A DNA stretch of 64,000 bases from Octopus sinensis (taxonomy: Eukaryota): contig NC_043015.1 in assembly GCF_006345805.1 (NCBI RefSeq), positions 40,734,001 through 40,798,000 on the forward strand, read 5' to 3'. The position numbers were made by a program, and so were the translations under genes. Position 1 is the first letter of the stretch. Every line of letters starts with the position of its first letter. The notes beneath the pieces were generated by a model. That model had not been told where the DNA came from, did not search any database, and was given only the letters and a program-made list of their open reading frames with translations. Below, piece by piece: positions 51,767 to 64,000 of this stretch.

Positions 51767-52406
51767 ATGTCCACTTTGCCATGCATAAATGAATGAGACA
51801 AAATTTGTTTTCTACAGGCAGGTACCATTCCTTTCACCATCCCATACCATTTTCCAAGGCCTGATATGTTTTCCATAGAAGATGGCAAACACTGCTTGAA
51901 CAACGGTGATCTCGTTTACAACAATCACATGAAGCCAAGACAAGGTATGCACTAACACACACATACATACGTATAGGATAGGCTTCTTCCAAATCCATTC
52001 ACAAGGTTTTTTGCTGGCCCAGGGTTATAGTAGAAGATACTTGCCCAAGGTGCCACGCAGTGGGGGATGAATTCAAGACCAAGTTGGTCTGAGAATCATG
52101 CTTCTTAACAGCACAGCCACGTCTACAGTTATGAAAATACATACACACATACATACATAGACATATTCATAGCTATACACATACACACACGTTTATATAC
52201 ATAAATAAATACACATCCATATACACAAATATACATATATTTATATACTTAAAAACACAAAAGCATATACATATATATATATATGTCGATAAATTAAGTA
52301 CCAGTTACGCACCGGGGTCGACGTAATCCATTTGTCTGTCCTTGTTTGTCCCCTCTGTGTTTAGCCCCTTGTGGGTAATAAAGAAATATTATGCGCACAC
52401 ACACAC

Positions 52407-52446
<40 letters not shown>

Positions 52447-52485
52447 AATTATATGCACACACATCATATATATATATATATATAG

Positions 52486-52517
<32 letters not shown>

Positions 52518-52710
52518 CATTATATATATATATATTTATATATATATATGTATATATACAAACATATACACACGCGTACGCTTACGTGTATATATGTGTA
52601 ACTGTTTATCCATTCTAGAAATGTACAACACACCATATGTGTGCGCGTCAGCTTATTTTAAGAGAAATTTTTAGCGGCATTTTGAAGTAACGTTATACAA
52701 ACGCACACCT

Positions 52711-52749
<39 letters not shown>

Positions 52750-53142
52750 CATGTATGTAGATATAAAAAGTTTAAAGGACTGACCAACTAAAAGAAAAGT
52801 GGACGGTCAACATGCTAGATATAGACGTCAAAATCGGATTTTTTTAATATGCTAGGCCACTGGTTTTAATTGATTAATATCAATTTCTACCCTTATTCAA
52901 TTTTATATACATATATATATGTATGTATGTATGTATATACTATACACCACACACTCATCCGTTAAATATGTACGCGCGTGTGTGTGTGTATTTATCCTAG
53001 AACGTCTACGTGTATATGTAAGCTTGCTTATAGTACAATAGTGTACACCCATCGTTTTTATATACACCTAGTATACATGCAATCATCGCACACACATAAC
53101 TAACAATATATATTTAACGTATTTATGCGTCTACACACACAC

Positions 53143-53180
<38 letters not shown>

Positions 53181-53318
53181 AAAGTAAAAAATATACAAAC
53201 TGGGACAAGAACGTGAATATATATATATATATAGTGTATATGTGTATGTGTCGGCGTGTTGAAGGCATTTTCATAAATATAGCAACGTCAACAAAATGAA
53301 GAACGAGTATGTTGTATA

Positions 53319-53355
<37 letters not shown>

Positions 53356-53649
53356 ATATATATAAGAGAGAGAGAGAGACAGACAGACATATAATATAAT
53401 ATATGTGTGTGTGTATATATATATACACAGAAATACACCACACACAGATATATGTACAAAGGGACGGCGAGAGAGAATGCGTGTATATATGTATGTCTAC
53501 CTGCTTATATACATTCAAATGGGTGTACTCGCGTGTGTGTGACCATCTGTTGTATGATCTCCAGAACTATCTACAAACACCATTGGCAAAAACCGATTCC
53601 AACATATTCTGTCGTTTACCTTCGATTGTCACCAAAAGCAACGTATTGC

Positions 53650-53817
53650 ATACACACAACAGCAATGATATATACATACATACATACACACACACACACA
53701 TACATACATAAATACATACATATATATATGCATACATACATATATATATATATATACATACATATATATATACATACATACATATATATATACATACACA
53801 CACAACAGCAATGATAT

Positions 53818-53848
<31 letters not shown>

Positions 53849-54277
53849 TACATACATACATAAATACATAACATATATATATGCATACATACATATATAT
53901 ATATTATATACATACTATATATATACATACATACATATATATATACATACACACACAACAGCAATGATATATACATACATACATACACACACACACATAT
54001 ATACACTACACACACACATACATACATACAAAATACATAATATATATATGCATACATACAATATATATATACATACATATATATATACAACATATATATA
54101 TATATACATACATCATATATATATATATATACAAAATATATATACATACATATATATATACATACATCATATTACATACATACATATATACATACATACA
54201 TATATACATACATATATATATATATACATACATACATATATATATACATACATACATATATAGATACTACATACATA

Positions 54278-54311
<34 letters not shown>

Positions 54312-54381
54312 CATACATACATACATACATATATATATATACACATATTACATACATACATATATACATACATATATATAT

Positions 54382-54416
<35 letters not shown>

Positions 54417-54480
54417 CATACATACACACACATACATACATACATACATACATAAATACATACATATATATGTATACATA
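53650..54480. repeat. TACA/TA field with ~150-bp higher-order units
   Basis: Anchor CACACAACAGCAATGATATATAC at ~53654, ~53800, ~53952. Confidence 0.8.
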
Positions 54481-54588
54481 TACGCGTAATAATTCCATAG
54501 GAAGTGATTTGAACTTTTTTCAATACAATATGTACCAATCGATCTGTCTCCGTATGTATGTATGAACGTGTATATACATATACATTAT

Positions 54589-54622
<34 letters not shown>

Positions 54623-55919
54623 CATACATACATAGACATACACACACAACAAACACGATATGATGTGCGTGCGTGTTTAAGTACGTGGCCAAAAAACCGA
54701 GAAAGGAAGGGAGAGAGGTGAGGGGTGGGGGTGATCTCTGGTTCCTGACGAAAGTCTTAGAATGGGTGTGTGTGTATATATATATACATAAACATACACA
54801 CACACACATATATATACACCACTCTATGTACGTGTCATATATGTATAGCATGTACCTATTACAAGAGACACTTGTTAACTACAAGAACCCGGGTCGTCTC
54901 TTAATCTTTCGGTTTCCGTGTGTTCATCGGCATCCTTTTTATACACACTAATCTTCTCTGCCTAATAAACATATCAATACATCTACCGTCCGTAGTGTAC
55001 TACATGCCAAGATATATATACACACCCACCTGTTGACGAATATAACAATATATATACATATATACATATTTGATTATACGCACACCTACGTATATCATCA
55101 CATCACCTATATATACATGCATTAAATAATGCCCACACGTTGAAGTAAATATATATACAGAGGGGAAAAGAGGGAATGACAGTCAGACAGGCTATGTATA
55201 TATATTATTTATATATATGTCGTTGTATATACACCTGTCGATACATGTATATACAGCTTCGTTTTGGGTCTACCGTTATATCATTATACACACCAGTTGA
55301 AATGTATATACATATTCATTTATTTACCTGTACAATATGTTAACATATGTCACCGAACAACCAGCTGCCAAGCCATACATATACACGTATCATACATATG
55401 TATATATGTAGATGTATACATACAGATAATGATGTACACACACATATCTATATATGGACAATATAGACAGTGGTGTGTGTATATATACATACGTATATTC
55501 TACACATGCATACATCACCGTGTACACGTTGTTTTCCATCAGTGACCGTATATAACAGACATACTGCAGTGTATATTAGCATTTACAGTTATAGACACAG
55601 ATGTATATTAGGTGTATGTACCTAGGTATAGCTGTATGTGTTTGTGTGTGTGTGTGTTTCTGTGTGTGTATGTATGTGTGTGTGTCTGTGTGTGTGTATG
55701 TGTGTCTATGAGTGTGTGTGTTTGTGTGTCTGTGTGTGTTGTGTGTGTGTGTGTGTGTCTGAGTGTGTTTGTGTGTGTATGTGTGTGTGTGTGTGTGTCT
55801 GTGTGTTTATGAGTGTGTGTGTGTGTGTAAGTGTAAGTGTATGAATGGGATGATAGAGATGAATGTAGGTGACTTGGTTTTTTCTGTCTTTCCATCATCC
55901 GAGGGATTGAAATGAAATT

Positions 55920-56350
55920 GAAAGACAGAGAGGAGAAGAGAGACTGGAAACGTGAAAGGGAGTGGACAGGATGACAGACAGAGAGACACCCCCGACAGAG
56001 AGATGCTGAGAGAGAGAAAGAGAGAGAGAAAAAAAGGATATGAAGACAGAGATAGAGAGAGATAGAGAGAGAGGAAGAAAAAAGGAGACAGGCATAGAAA
56101 GAGAAGGAGGAGAAAGATGGAGACAGAGAGAAGAGGAGAGAGACGGAAAGAATGAAAGGGAGTGGACAGGATGACAGACAGAGAGACACCCGACAGAGAG
56201 ATGCTGAGAGAGAGAGAGAAAAAGGAGATGAAGACAGGCATAGAGAGAGAGGAAGAAAAAAGGAGACAGGCATATAAAGAGAAGAAGAAGAAAGGAGAAA
56301 GATGGAGACAGAGAGACAAGAGGAGAGAGAGAGAAAGAATCGGAGAGAGA
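55920..56350. repeat. ~200-bp purine-rich tandem duplication
   Basis: GAAAGGGAGTGGACAGGATGACAGACAGAGAGACACC at 55954 and 56154. Confidence 0.85.
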
Positions 56351-56419
56351 CGGAAAGAAAGAACGAAGGAGAGAGACAGAATGACAGGTTTTGGTGACAG
56401 AGAGGGAGTGAGAGATGTG

Positions 56420-56670
56420 AGTCGGTGTGAACTGTTTTTGCTGGAATCCGCCGTCCTGAGATGCTGAAATAAAGACACGACAACAGCAATAACAACGACA
56501 ATCGATAAGAGTCGGGTGGGGACGAAAGCAATGGAAGGGAGCCAAAGAAACATGCAATGAATGGAAGAAGCGAACACTTGCTGCTACCTTTTACTGCTTA
56601 CTCCGCTGCCATTTTGAATAGTGAGCTGAATATTAGGCGCAAGGGCTGATGGGAGTTTTCTCGCGCTCTC
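56420..56670. promoter_or_regulatory. Candidate (bidirectional) promoter region
   Basis: Unique CpG-containing island; YY1/Kozak-like CAAAATGGC (-); DRE-like AATCGATA at 56500; purine/pyrimidine skew inverts here. Confidence 0.45.
56602..56612 (-). CDS. Candidate first coding exon (ATG GCA GCG GA | GTAAGC)
   Basis: Strong context CAAAATGG followed by a GTAAGC donor. Confidence 0.35.
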
Positions 56671-57050
56671 TCTCTCTCTCACTCCCTCTCTCTCTCTCTC
56701 TATTTTCTCTCTCTCATTCTCTGTGTCTTTCAGTCACTGTTTTTTTCTCCTATTTCTCGCGCGCTCTCTCTCTCTCACTCTCTCTCTATCTGTCTATCTT
56801 TTACTCTCTCTCTCATTCTCTGTGTCTTTCAGCCACTGTTTTTTCTCCTTTTTCTCGCGCTTTCCCTCTCTCACACTCTCTCTATCTGTCTATCTTTTAC
56901 TCTCTGTCATTCTCTGTGTCTTTCTATCACTGTTTTTCTCCTATTTCTCGCGCTCTCTCTCTCTCCTTCTTTTACTCTCTCGCATCCTCTGTGTCTTTCT
57001 GTCACTTTTTTTCCCTCCTATTTCTTTTCCTTTCTCTCCCTCTCTCTATT
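56655..57050. repeat. ~97-bp pyrimidine-rich tandem repeat (about 4 units)
   Basis: TTTCTCGCGC at ~56657, 56753, 56851, 56944; CTCTGTGTCTTTC recurring. Confidence 0.8.
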
Positions 57051-58011
57051 TTTCTTTTCTTTCTTTTACTCTCTTCATCCTCTATATCTTTCTGTCACTC
57101 TTTATTCTCCTATTTCTTTTCCTCTCTTTCTCTCTCTCTCTCTTATTCTTTGTCTTTCCCTCCCTTACTCCCTTACGTTTGCTTTCCCCTCTCCCTCTCT
57201 TACTATCTCTCTTCCTTTTACTCCCTTCCTCTTTCACTCTCTTTCTCACACATAATGCTTATTTTTGTTGTTCTTTTCTTTTGACAATCTTAACTTTCCT
57301 CCTCCCTCTCTCTATTTTTCTACTCTTTCTCCCCAACTTTCTTTCTCTCATATTTTATCCTTTCAGATTTTCCACATTCTCTGTCTCTTTTTCTCTCCTC
57401 CACTCTCTCTCTCTTAAAGTCTCTGTCTCTTTTACTTCTCTCTCTCTCTCTTTCTCTCTGTCTCATCCCCTCTCTCTCTCTATGTAGCTTTTACCGTCTC
57501 GCCTTTACTCCCCTCTCAATATCACTTTACTCCCCCTCTCTCAGTCACTTTACTCCCCCTCTCTCAGTCACTTTACTTCCTTTCTATTTCCCTTCCCCTC
57601 CTCTACCTCTTACTTTTACCTTCCGTCTTTTACTTCTCCCTCATTGACATTTTCCTTTTTCTTTTCACACTCTCTCTCTGACTCGTTCTTTTATTTCCTC
57701 TCTCTATCTTTTTTTTCTCCCTGTCTCTTTTACGCCTTTTTTTCCCCCTTTCTCTCTTTCACTCCCCCGTCCCCCGCTTCATCTTTTTTTCTATATTTCT
57801 AATTCTTCCTATTTTTTTCACTCTCTCTATCGTCTCTCCCTTTCCCTGTTCTATCTTCTCTATCTATCTATCTCTTTCGCAACACCTCACCTCACCACCA
57901 CCACCATCACATATATTCTCTTACTTTCTTTTTCTCTCTCTCTTTCTCACACTTTTCTTTCTTCTCCCTTTCAACCTTCCTGTTATTATGTCAGCGTTTT
58001 CTTTAAAACCC

Positions 58012-58012
58012 C

Positions 58013-58068
<56 letters not shown>

Positions 58069-58124
58069 CCTATCTATCTATCTTTCTGTCTACCTATCTA
58101 CCCATCGATCCATCTATCTTTCTG

Positions 58125-58197
<73 letters not shown>

Positions 58198-58262
58198 ATC
58201 TATCTGTCTGTCTATCTGTCTGTCTATCTGTCTGTCTATCTGTCTGTCTATCTATCTATCTG

Positions 58263-58317
<55 letters not shown>

Positions 58318-58373
58318 GTCTGTCTGTCTATCTATCTATCTGTCTATCGGTCTGTCTGTCTATCTATCTTATA

Positions 58374-58426
<53 letters not shown>

Positions 58427-58460
58427 GTTTCTCTGTCTGCCTGCTGTCTGTCTGTCTGTC
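58012..58460. repeat. (TATC)n/(TGTC)n microsatellite
   Basis: Tetranucleotide repeats; a reverse-orientation field lies at 58700-58912. Confidence 0.95.
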
Positions 58461-58719
58461 CCTTCCTTTTTTAAAATCTCTTCCTCTTTCTCTATATCCT
58501 TCCTGTTACCATGTCATGATTTTTTTATGATTATGATAGATAAGGGAAGCAACCCAGGTGAACCACGGACATGAATTCTAATAATTCCAGATGACGATGT
58601 ATGGGGAAAAAAACCCAAAGAAATTCTTAACGAATTGAAAATTGCCACTTAGTTGGAGAAAGAGAACAAAACACTGGCGTTAGTTATTTCCCCTTGCTTG
58701 TAGATAGATAGACAGACAC

Positions 58720-58788
<69 letters not shown>

Positions 58789-58805
58789 AGATAGATAGAT
58801 AGATT

Positions 58806-58863
<58 letters not shown>

Positions 58864-59254
58864 CAGACGACAGACAGACAGACAGATAGATAAATAGATA
58901 GATAGATAGATAAATAATTTAAATGAATTAATTTCAAAGGAAATTACATTTCCTTGCATATAAGAAAACAAAGTGATGGCTCGATGCAGGTTCCAGTCAT
59001 ATTAGACCTCTTCAGCGAAGTATAGCCTTTTTCTCAAACTTGTTTTGATCAATGATTAGAAAAGTGTTTCTGCAACTAATAAAAAGTGTGGCTTGTAAGG
59101 TAACTTGTGTGGCCATGAATTTAGATTCCTATTCTGCAAGATAATGGTGAGGTACAGAATGGTAAATACAACAATATGGTCTTATCAAAGATCAGGTTTT
59201 CTGTACTTGTTGTGTGCATCAGTCATTTTACAGACTCTGTCTGTGTGTGTATAC

Positions 59255-59288
<34 letters not shown>

Positions 59289-59542
59289 TTGTGTGTGTGT
59301 GTGTGTGTGTGTTTGTGTCTGGGTGTGTGTATTTGTGTGTGAATGTATTTGTGTGCGTGTGTGTGAGTGTGTTTTTATGTGGGTGTGTGGATGTGTATTT
59401 ATCGGAGTGTGTGTGTGTGTGTGTATGTGTGCAAGTTGGTGTGCATATGTGTGTGTGTTTGTATTTGTGTGTATGTGTGAGTGGGTGTGCATATGTGTGT
59501 GTGTGGTTGTAATTGTGTATTTTTGCGTTTGTGTGTGTACAT

Positions 59543-59947
59543 AGGCGCAGGAGTGGCTGTGTGGTAAGTAGCTTGTTTACCAACCACATGGTTCCGGGTT
59601 CAGTCCCATTACATGGCACCTTGGGCAAGTGTCTTCTACTATAGCCTCGGGCCGACCAAAGCCTTGTGACTGGATTTGGTAGGCAGAAACTGAGAGAAGC
59701 CCGTCGTATATATGTATATCTATGTGTGTGCGTGTGTGTTTGTGTGTCTGTGTTTGTCCCCCTAGCATTGCTTGACAACCGATGCTGATGTGTTTATGTC
59801 CCTGTTACTTAGCGGTTCGGCAAAATAGACCGATAGAATAAGTACGCGGCTTACAAAAGAATAAGTCCTGGGGTCGATTTGCTCGATTAAAGGCGGTGCT
59901 CCAGCATGGCCGCAGTCAAATGACTGAAACAAGTAAAAGAGTAAAAA
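59543..59947 (+). mobile_element. SINE family A (young-looking, full length)
   Basis: Full head and tail, close to the copies at 657 and 33467. Confidence 0.92.
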
Positions 59948-60349
59948 GTATGTGCATGTGCTTCTGTGTTTGTGTGTATGTTGTGTGTGTGTGTCTGTCT
60001 ATCTGTCTGTCTGCCTGTCTGTCTGTCTGTACAGATATCTTTTATCTTTTACTTCTTTCTGTCATTTGACTGCGACCATGCTGGGGCAACATCTCAAAGG
60101 GTTTAGTTTTATGAAAAAAACAACCTTGGTGCTTATCGTTGGTAAGTTTGATAGTTACTCTATCACTCACTTTTGCCAAACAGCTATTTTATGGGGATGT
60201 AAACAAACCAACAATGGTGGTGGAGGGGAAGCACAAACACAAAGACTCACACACTAACACATGTGCACACACACACACACACACATACTTTGTGAACGAA
60301 GAGAAAAGGAAGTACTCAGAATGAAATATAGACACATTTAGTCGATACC

Positions 60350-60925
60350 CACATCACCACCACCACCACCACTGTCGTCATATTCCTCATCATCATCACC
60401 ACCACCACCATCATCACCATTATCGTCATCATCATCATCACCACCACTACCACCGTCGTCATCATTATCCTCATCATCATCACCACCACTGTCGTCGTCA
60501 TCATCCTCATCATCATCATCACCACCACCACCACCACAACCACCACTGTCGTCATCATTATCCTCCTCCTCCTCATCATCATCATCACCATCATCACCAC
60601 CACTGTCGTCATCATTATCCTCATCATCATCATCACCACCACCACCACCACCATCAGCCCTGATGTCGTCATGATCCTCATCCTCCTCCTCCTCATCACC
60701 ACCACCACCATCATCATCCCTATCGTCGTCATTATCTTCATCCTCATCATCATCACTACCACCACTACCACCACCACCACTACCACCACCACCACTGTCA
60801 TCATCATGATCTTCATCATCATCATCATCACCACCACCGTCATCATTGTCCTCATCATCATCATCACCACCACCACCACCACTGTGGTCGTCATCATCCT
60901 CATCATCATCATCCTCATCGTCGTG
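60350..60925. repeat. Compound (CAT/CAC/CGT/CCT)n trinucleotide array
   Basis: Recurring CACCACTGTCGTCATCATTATCCTC units. Confidence 0.9.
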
Positions 60926-61091
60926 AACAGCACCACCCTCCCCCCTCCACCATTAAATTACTGTTTGCCGATGCCAGCGTTGTCCTTTCCGATGTCTTGA
61001 GTCTTATCAGCTGCATCACAAATTGATTGCTTCGCATCCTTCACAATTCTTCTCTCTCTTTCTCTTTTTTCTTTCTTTTCTTTCTGTCCAG

Positions 61092-61119
61092 AGCCTACTC
61101 TCTGTCAATCATCATGAGA
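61092..61119 (+). CDS. Candidate 28-nt exon containing a start codon (5'UTR + ATG AGA)
   Basis: Long polypyrimidine tract + CAG acceptor (61089-61091); ATCATCATG; consensus donor GTAAGT at 61120. Confidence 0.45.
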
Positions 61120-61539
61120 GTAAGTACCAGTCTTTAATCTCAATCATTTCCTCTTTAACTACATCCTCGTATCTCATCCAATGGCTGGGTGTGTGGGTCT
61201 GTCCTGATGTCTTCCAATTCCGTTTTATGGTCCAAAATTGTACAAAAACAAAAGCTAAGACAGGTGAGGCGAACAACAAACGAGGTTCTTCCCTTTCACC
61301 TGCCTTACTTCCCTGGCCATGGACACATTGAAACTCCGACGTCTGGCAGCTGACTTGGCAGACACCCATAAAATTATCAACCATCGTACAAACAATAACT
61401 CTGAGCACCTTTTCAAACTTCACCTGTCTAAACACCTGTGGACATATTTACAAAGTTAGAAAACAGCACAGCTCCTTCCATGACTTTAGGAAACATTTTT
61501 TCACGCTGAGAGTTGCTGAATAATGTACATAATTCCTCA

Positions 61540-61777
61540 AGCACCAACCGATCGTGGCCGCTGCCAGCCCCCCCCCCCCCCGGCACCTGTGCTGGTGGCA
61601 CGTAAAAAGCACCCACTACACTCACAGAGTGGTTTGTGTTAGGAAGGGCATCCAGCTGTAGAAACACTGCCAGATCAGATTGGAGCCTGGTGTAGCCTCC
61701 TGGGTTCCCAGACCCTTGTCAAACCATCCAACCCATGCTAGCATGGAAAACGGACATTAAACGATGATGATGATGAA
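61540..61777 (+). mobile_element. Family D element
   Basis: AGGAAGGGCATCCAGCTGTAGAAAC...CATGGAAAACGGACATTAAACGATGATG tail. Confidence 0.85.
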
Positions 61778-62142
61778 TGTTCACATAATCTTACCATTAG
61801 AACTTTGAACTTCTTAGATTCTACAATCCTGAATCTTATTGTAACTTGTAGTTAATTCACACCTTTTTTACATCCAACTCAGAGCACACTATTTGCCTTG
61901 ATTGCTAAAATCTATTCTTTCTTTAGACAACATCAATCCACTGGAATTTCCACTGCTATAAAATCCTGGTTTTCTTTAAAAGGAAGAAGCAATTCCTTAA
62001 GCAATTTTGCCAGCGATGTTTAGAATCCCTCTCAGTCATCATGAATATATGCAATTTCTCTTCTACTTTCACTTTTCTTTCTTTCTTCTTCTCCCCCATC
62101 ATCAATACCCCCTGTGGCTAATGAAAGAAATTATTATTATTA

Positions 62143-62604
62143 TTCAGTAGTTTTATTTTTATAGTGTGCTTTCACTTCACTACCGAGCGCAGCTCTGTGT
62201 GCCTTGGGTATGTGCTGTGATTTGTTGTGATGCTCTGATGGTTATTGTATGGAAAGTGTTCTGCGTAGGATGTGTGCAGTGCCTAGTAGTGCAATTTTTT
62301 GTATGTTATATGTGTTTGTAAGTCCTGGTGTTTTTGTTATGTATCTGTCTGAATATTTTTTTATCATGTCTAATGCACCTACTATGATAGGAATTGTTTC
62401 TGTTTTTAGATTCCACATTCTGGTTACCTCTATTTCCAGGTCTTTGTATTTTGAGAGTTTCTCCATTTCTTTTAGAGAAACGTTGTCATCTGCCGGTATT
62501 GATACATCAATTAGAAAGCATTTTTTTTCTTCATTATCTCTGACAACTATATCTGGTCTGTTACCTTAATTTCTCTATCTGTGTGTATCGGCATATCCCA
62601 GAGT
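62143..62604 (-). mobile_element. 5'-truncated R4/Dong-like (RLE) non-LTR retrotransposon 3' end
   Basis: LWDMPIHTDREI..RPDIVV..LIDVSIP..KLSKYKDL..IPIIVGAL..IQKIALLGTAHILRRTL (PD-D/ExK endonuclease); flanked on both sides by (TAA)n. Confidence 0.9.
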
Positions 62605-62631
62605 ATTATTATTATTATTATTATTATTATT

Positions 62632-62975
62632 GAATGAGAGAACCGTACATGTCATCAAAGTGACACTGGAGCAAAATATATGAAGCCCAGTATACCCATC
62701 ATGACTACATGTCTGATAAGGGTACACCAGGCACATGCATCACAACCATATGTGTGCAAAATCATGATCTCATATCAAGATAAACAGTGCATGACCTTGC
62801 AGGTGGGGCCCAGTTAGAATTTTCTTCAGGTTGAGTAGCCCATCCCGCTCAAAAGGTCCCTGAATAAGGGTTGTTTAAGGATGTTGAAAGAACCACCCAT
62901 GTTTCCAGAGGTGAATTATTCAAACCTCAAAGAATCCCTCTCAACACATGGCTATGATGCTCCCCCACTACTTCT
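62632..62975 (-). mobile_element. (TAA)n-associated non-autonomous element, truncated copy
   Basis: Highly similar to 63054-63397. Confidence 0.9.
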
Positions 62976-63053
62976 TATTATCATTATTATTATTATTATT
63001 ATTATTATCATTATTATTATTATTATTATTATCATTATTATTATTATTATTAT

Positions 63054-63818
63054 TGAGTGAGAGAGCAGTACATGCCATCAAAGTGACACTGGGGTAAAAT
63101 ATACGAAGCCCAATATACCCATCATGACTACATGTCTGATAAGGGTACACCAGGCACATGCATCACAACCATATGTGCGCGACATGGTGATCTCATATCA
63201 AGATAAACAGCACATGACCTTGCAGGTGGGGCCCAGTTAGAATTTTCTTCAGGTTGAGTAGCCCATCCCGCTCAAAAGGTCCCTGAATAAGGGTTGTTTA
63301 AGGATGTTGAAAGAACCACCCATGTTTCCAGAGGTGAATTATTCAAACCACAAAGAATCCCTCTCAACACATGGCTATGATGCTCCCCCACTACTTCTGC
63401 TCATGATCAGAGATGCACATATCGTCAGCCACTAAGGGACATGCTCCACTGGTTAAGGTCAAACAACTGACAAGCAAATCTGTGGTATTGAGCAGAATAT
63501 TTGCTGTAGCCCATCTTTTATACCAAGACAAAGCAATGAACATGATAACACTTCCAATCAGTTAAGATCAGAAGCCATGAGAGCCACTGCCTGGTACTGC
63601 ATCAGGGCATCCTGGTACTGCATTAGGGCATCCTGGTACTGCATCAGGGCATCCTGGTACTGCATTAGGGCATCCTGGTACTGCATCAGGGCATCCTGGT
63701 ACTGCATCAGGGCATCCTGGTACTGCATCAGGGCATCCTGGTACTGCATCAGGGCATCCTGGTACTGCATCAGGGCATCCTGGTACTGCATCAGGGCATC
63801 CTGGTACTGCATCAGGGC

Positions 63819-63822
<4 letters not shown>
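63054..63822 (-). mobile_element. (TAA)n-associated non-autonomous element, longest copy
   Basis: Bounded by (TAA)n on both sides; no ORF; terminal 21-bp array. Confidence 0.85.
63590..63820. repeat. 21-bp minisatellite x11 (CCTGGTACTGCATCAGGGCAT)
   Basis: 11 units; units 2 and 4 carry a C>T variant. Confidence 0.97.
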
Positions 63823-63848
<26 letters not shown>

Positions 63849-63849
<1 letters not shown>

Positions 63850-63935
63850 GAGTGAGAGAGCCGTGCATGTCATCAAAGTGACACTGGAGCAAAACATATG
63901 AAGCCCAGTATACCCATCATGACTACCTGTCTGTT
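63849..63935 (-). mobile_element. Short fragment of the same (TAA)n-associated element
   Basis: GAGTGAGAGAGCCGTGCATGTCATCAAAGTGACACTGG matches 62632 and 63054. Confidence 0.85.
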
Positions 63936-64000
63936 ATGGCAAGACACCTGCTTCTGTCTCTTTGTCACACTCTGACACAAGTGCCCTGCCCCTCTCATAA

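Noticed and set aside
54745-54765. CTGACGAAAG hammerhead-like core (similar isolated cores at 26061, 39063, 62823)
   Set aside because: No stem II or no downstream GAAA and NUH; chance matches
60316-61000. Met/Val/Thr-rich ORFs
   Set aside because: Compound trinucleotide repeat
63558-63897. CRISPR-like array or MQYQDAL/PGCPDAV repeat protein
   Set aside because: Head-to-tail 21-mers with no spacers in a eukaryotic context; the ORFs arise because 21 is a multiple of 3

Overview
AT-rich, microsatellite-saturated animal DNA that is almost entirely intronic or intergenic. The SINE families and repeat landscape look like an Octopus (coleoid cephalopod) genome; this is recognition from memory, not a database result. 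No long protein-coding exon is present, and nearly all ORFs in the track are microsatellite or SINE artefacts. The window holds dozens of SINE copies from at least 4 families (local labels A-D), a near-identical 505-bp tandem triplication, decayed mariner (DD34D) and maT-type (DD37D) transposases, CR1-like, RTE-like and R4/Dong-like LINE fragments, several MITEs and foldbacks, and a stack of same-orientation elements inserted into (TAA)n. Tiny candidate first exons of a minus-strand gene lie at about 26.0, 28.6, 39.0 and 56.6 kb, with a plus-strand micro-exon at 61.1 kb, suggesting a bidirectional promoter near 56.6 kb. The most notable signal is a set of at least 6-8 sequence-unrelated minimal type-I hammerhead-ribozyme motifs (CUGANGA / stem II / GAAA / short stem III / NUH). 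Several have unusually long stem II insertions, and several sit as outward-facing pairs inside palindromes, as expected for Penelope-like or retrozyme ends.
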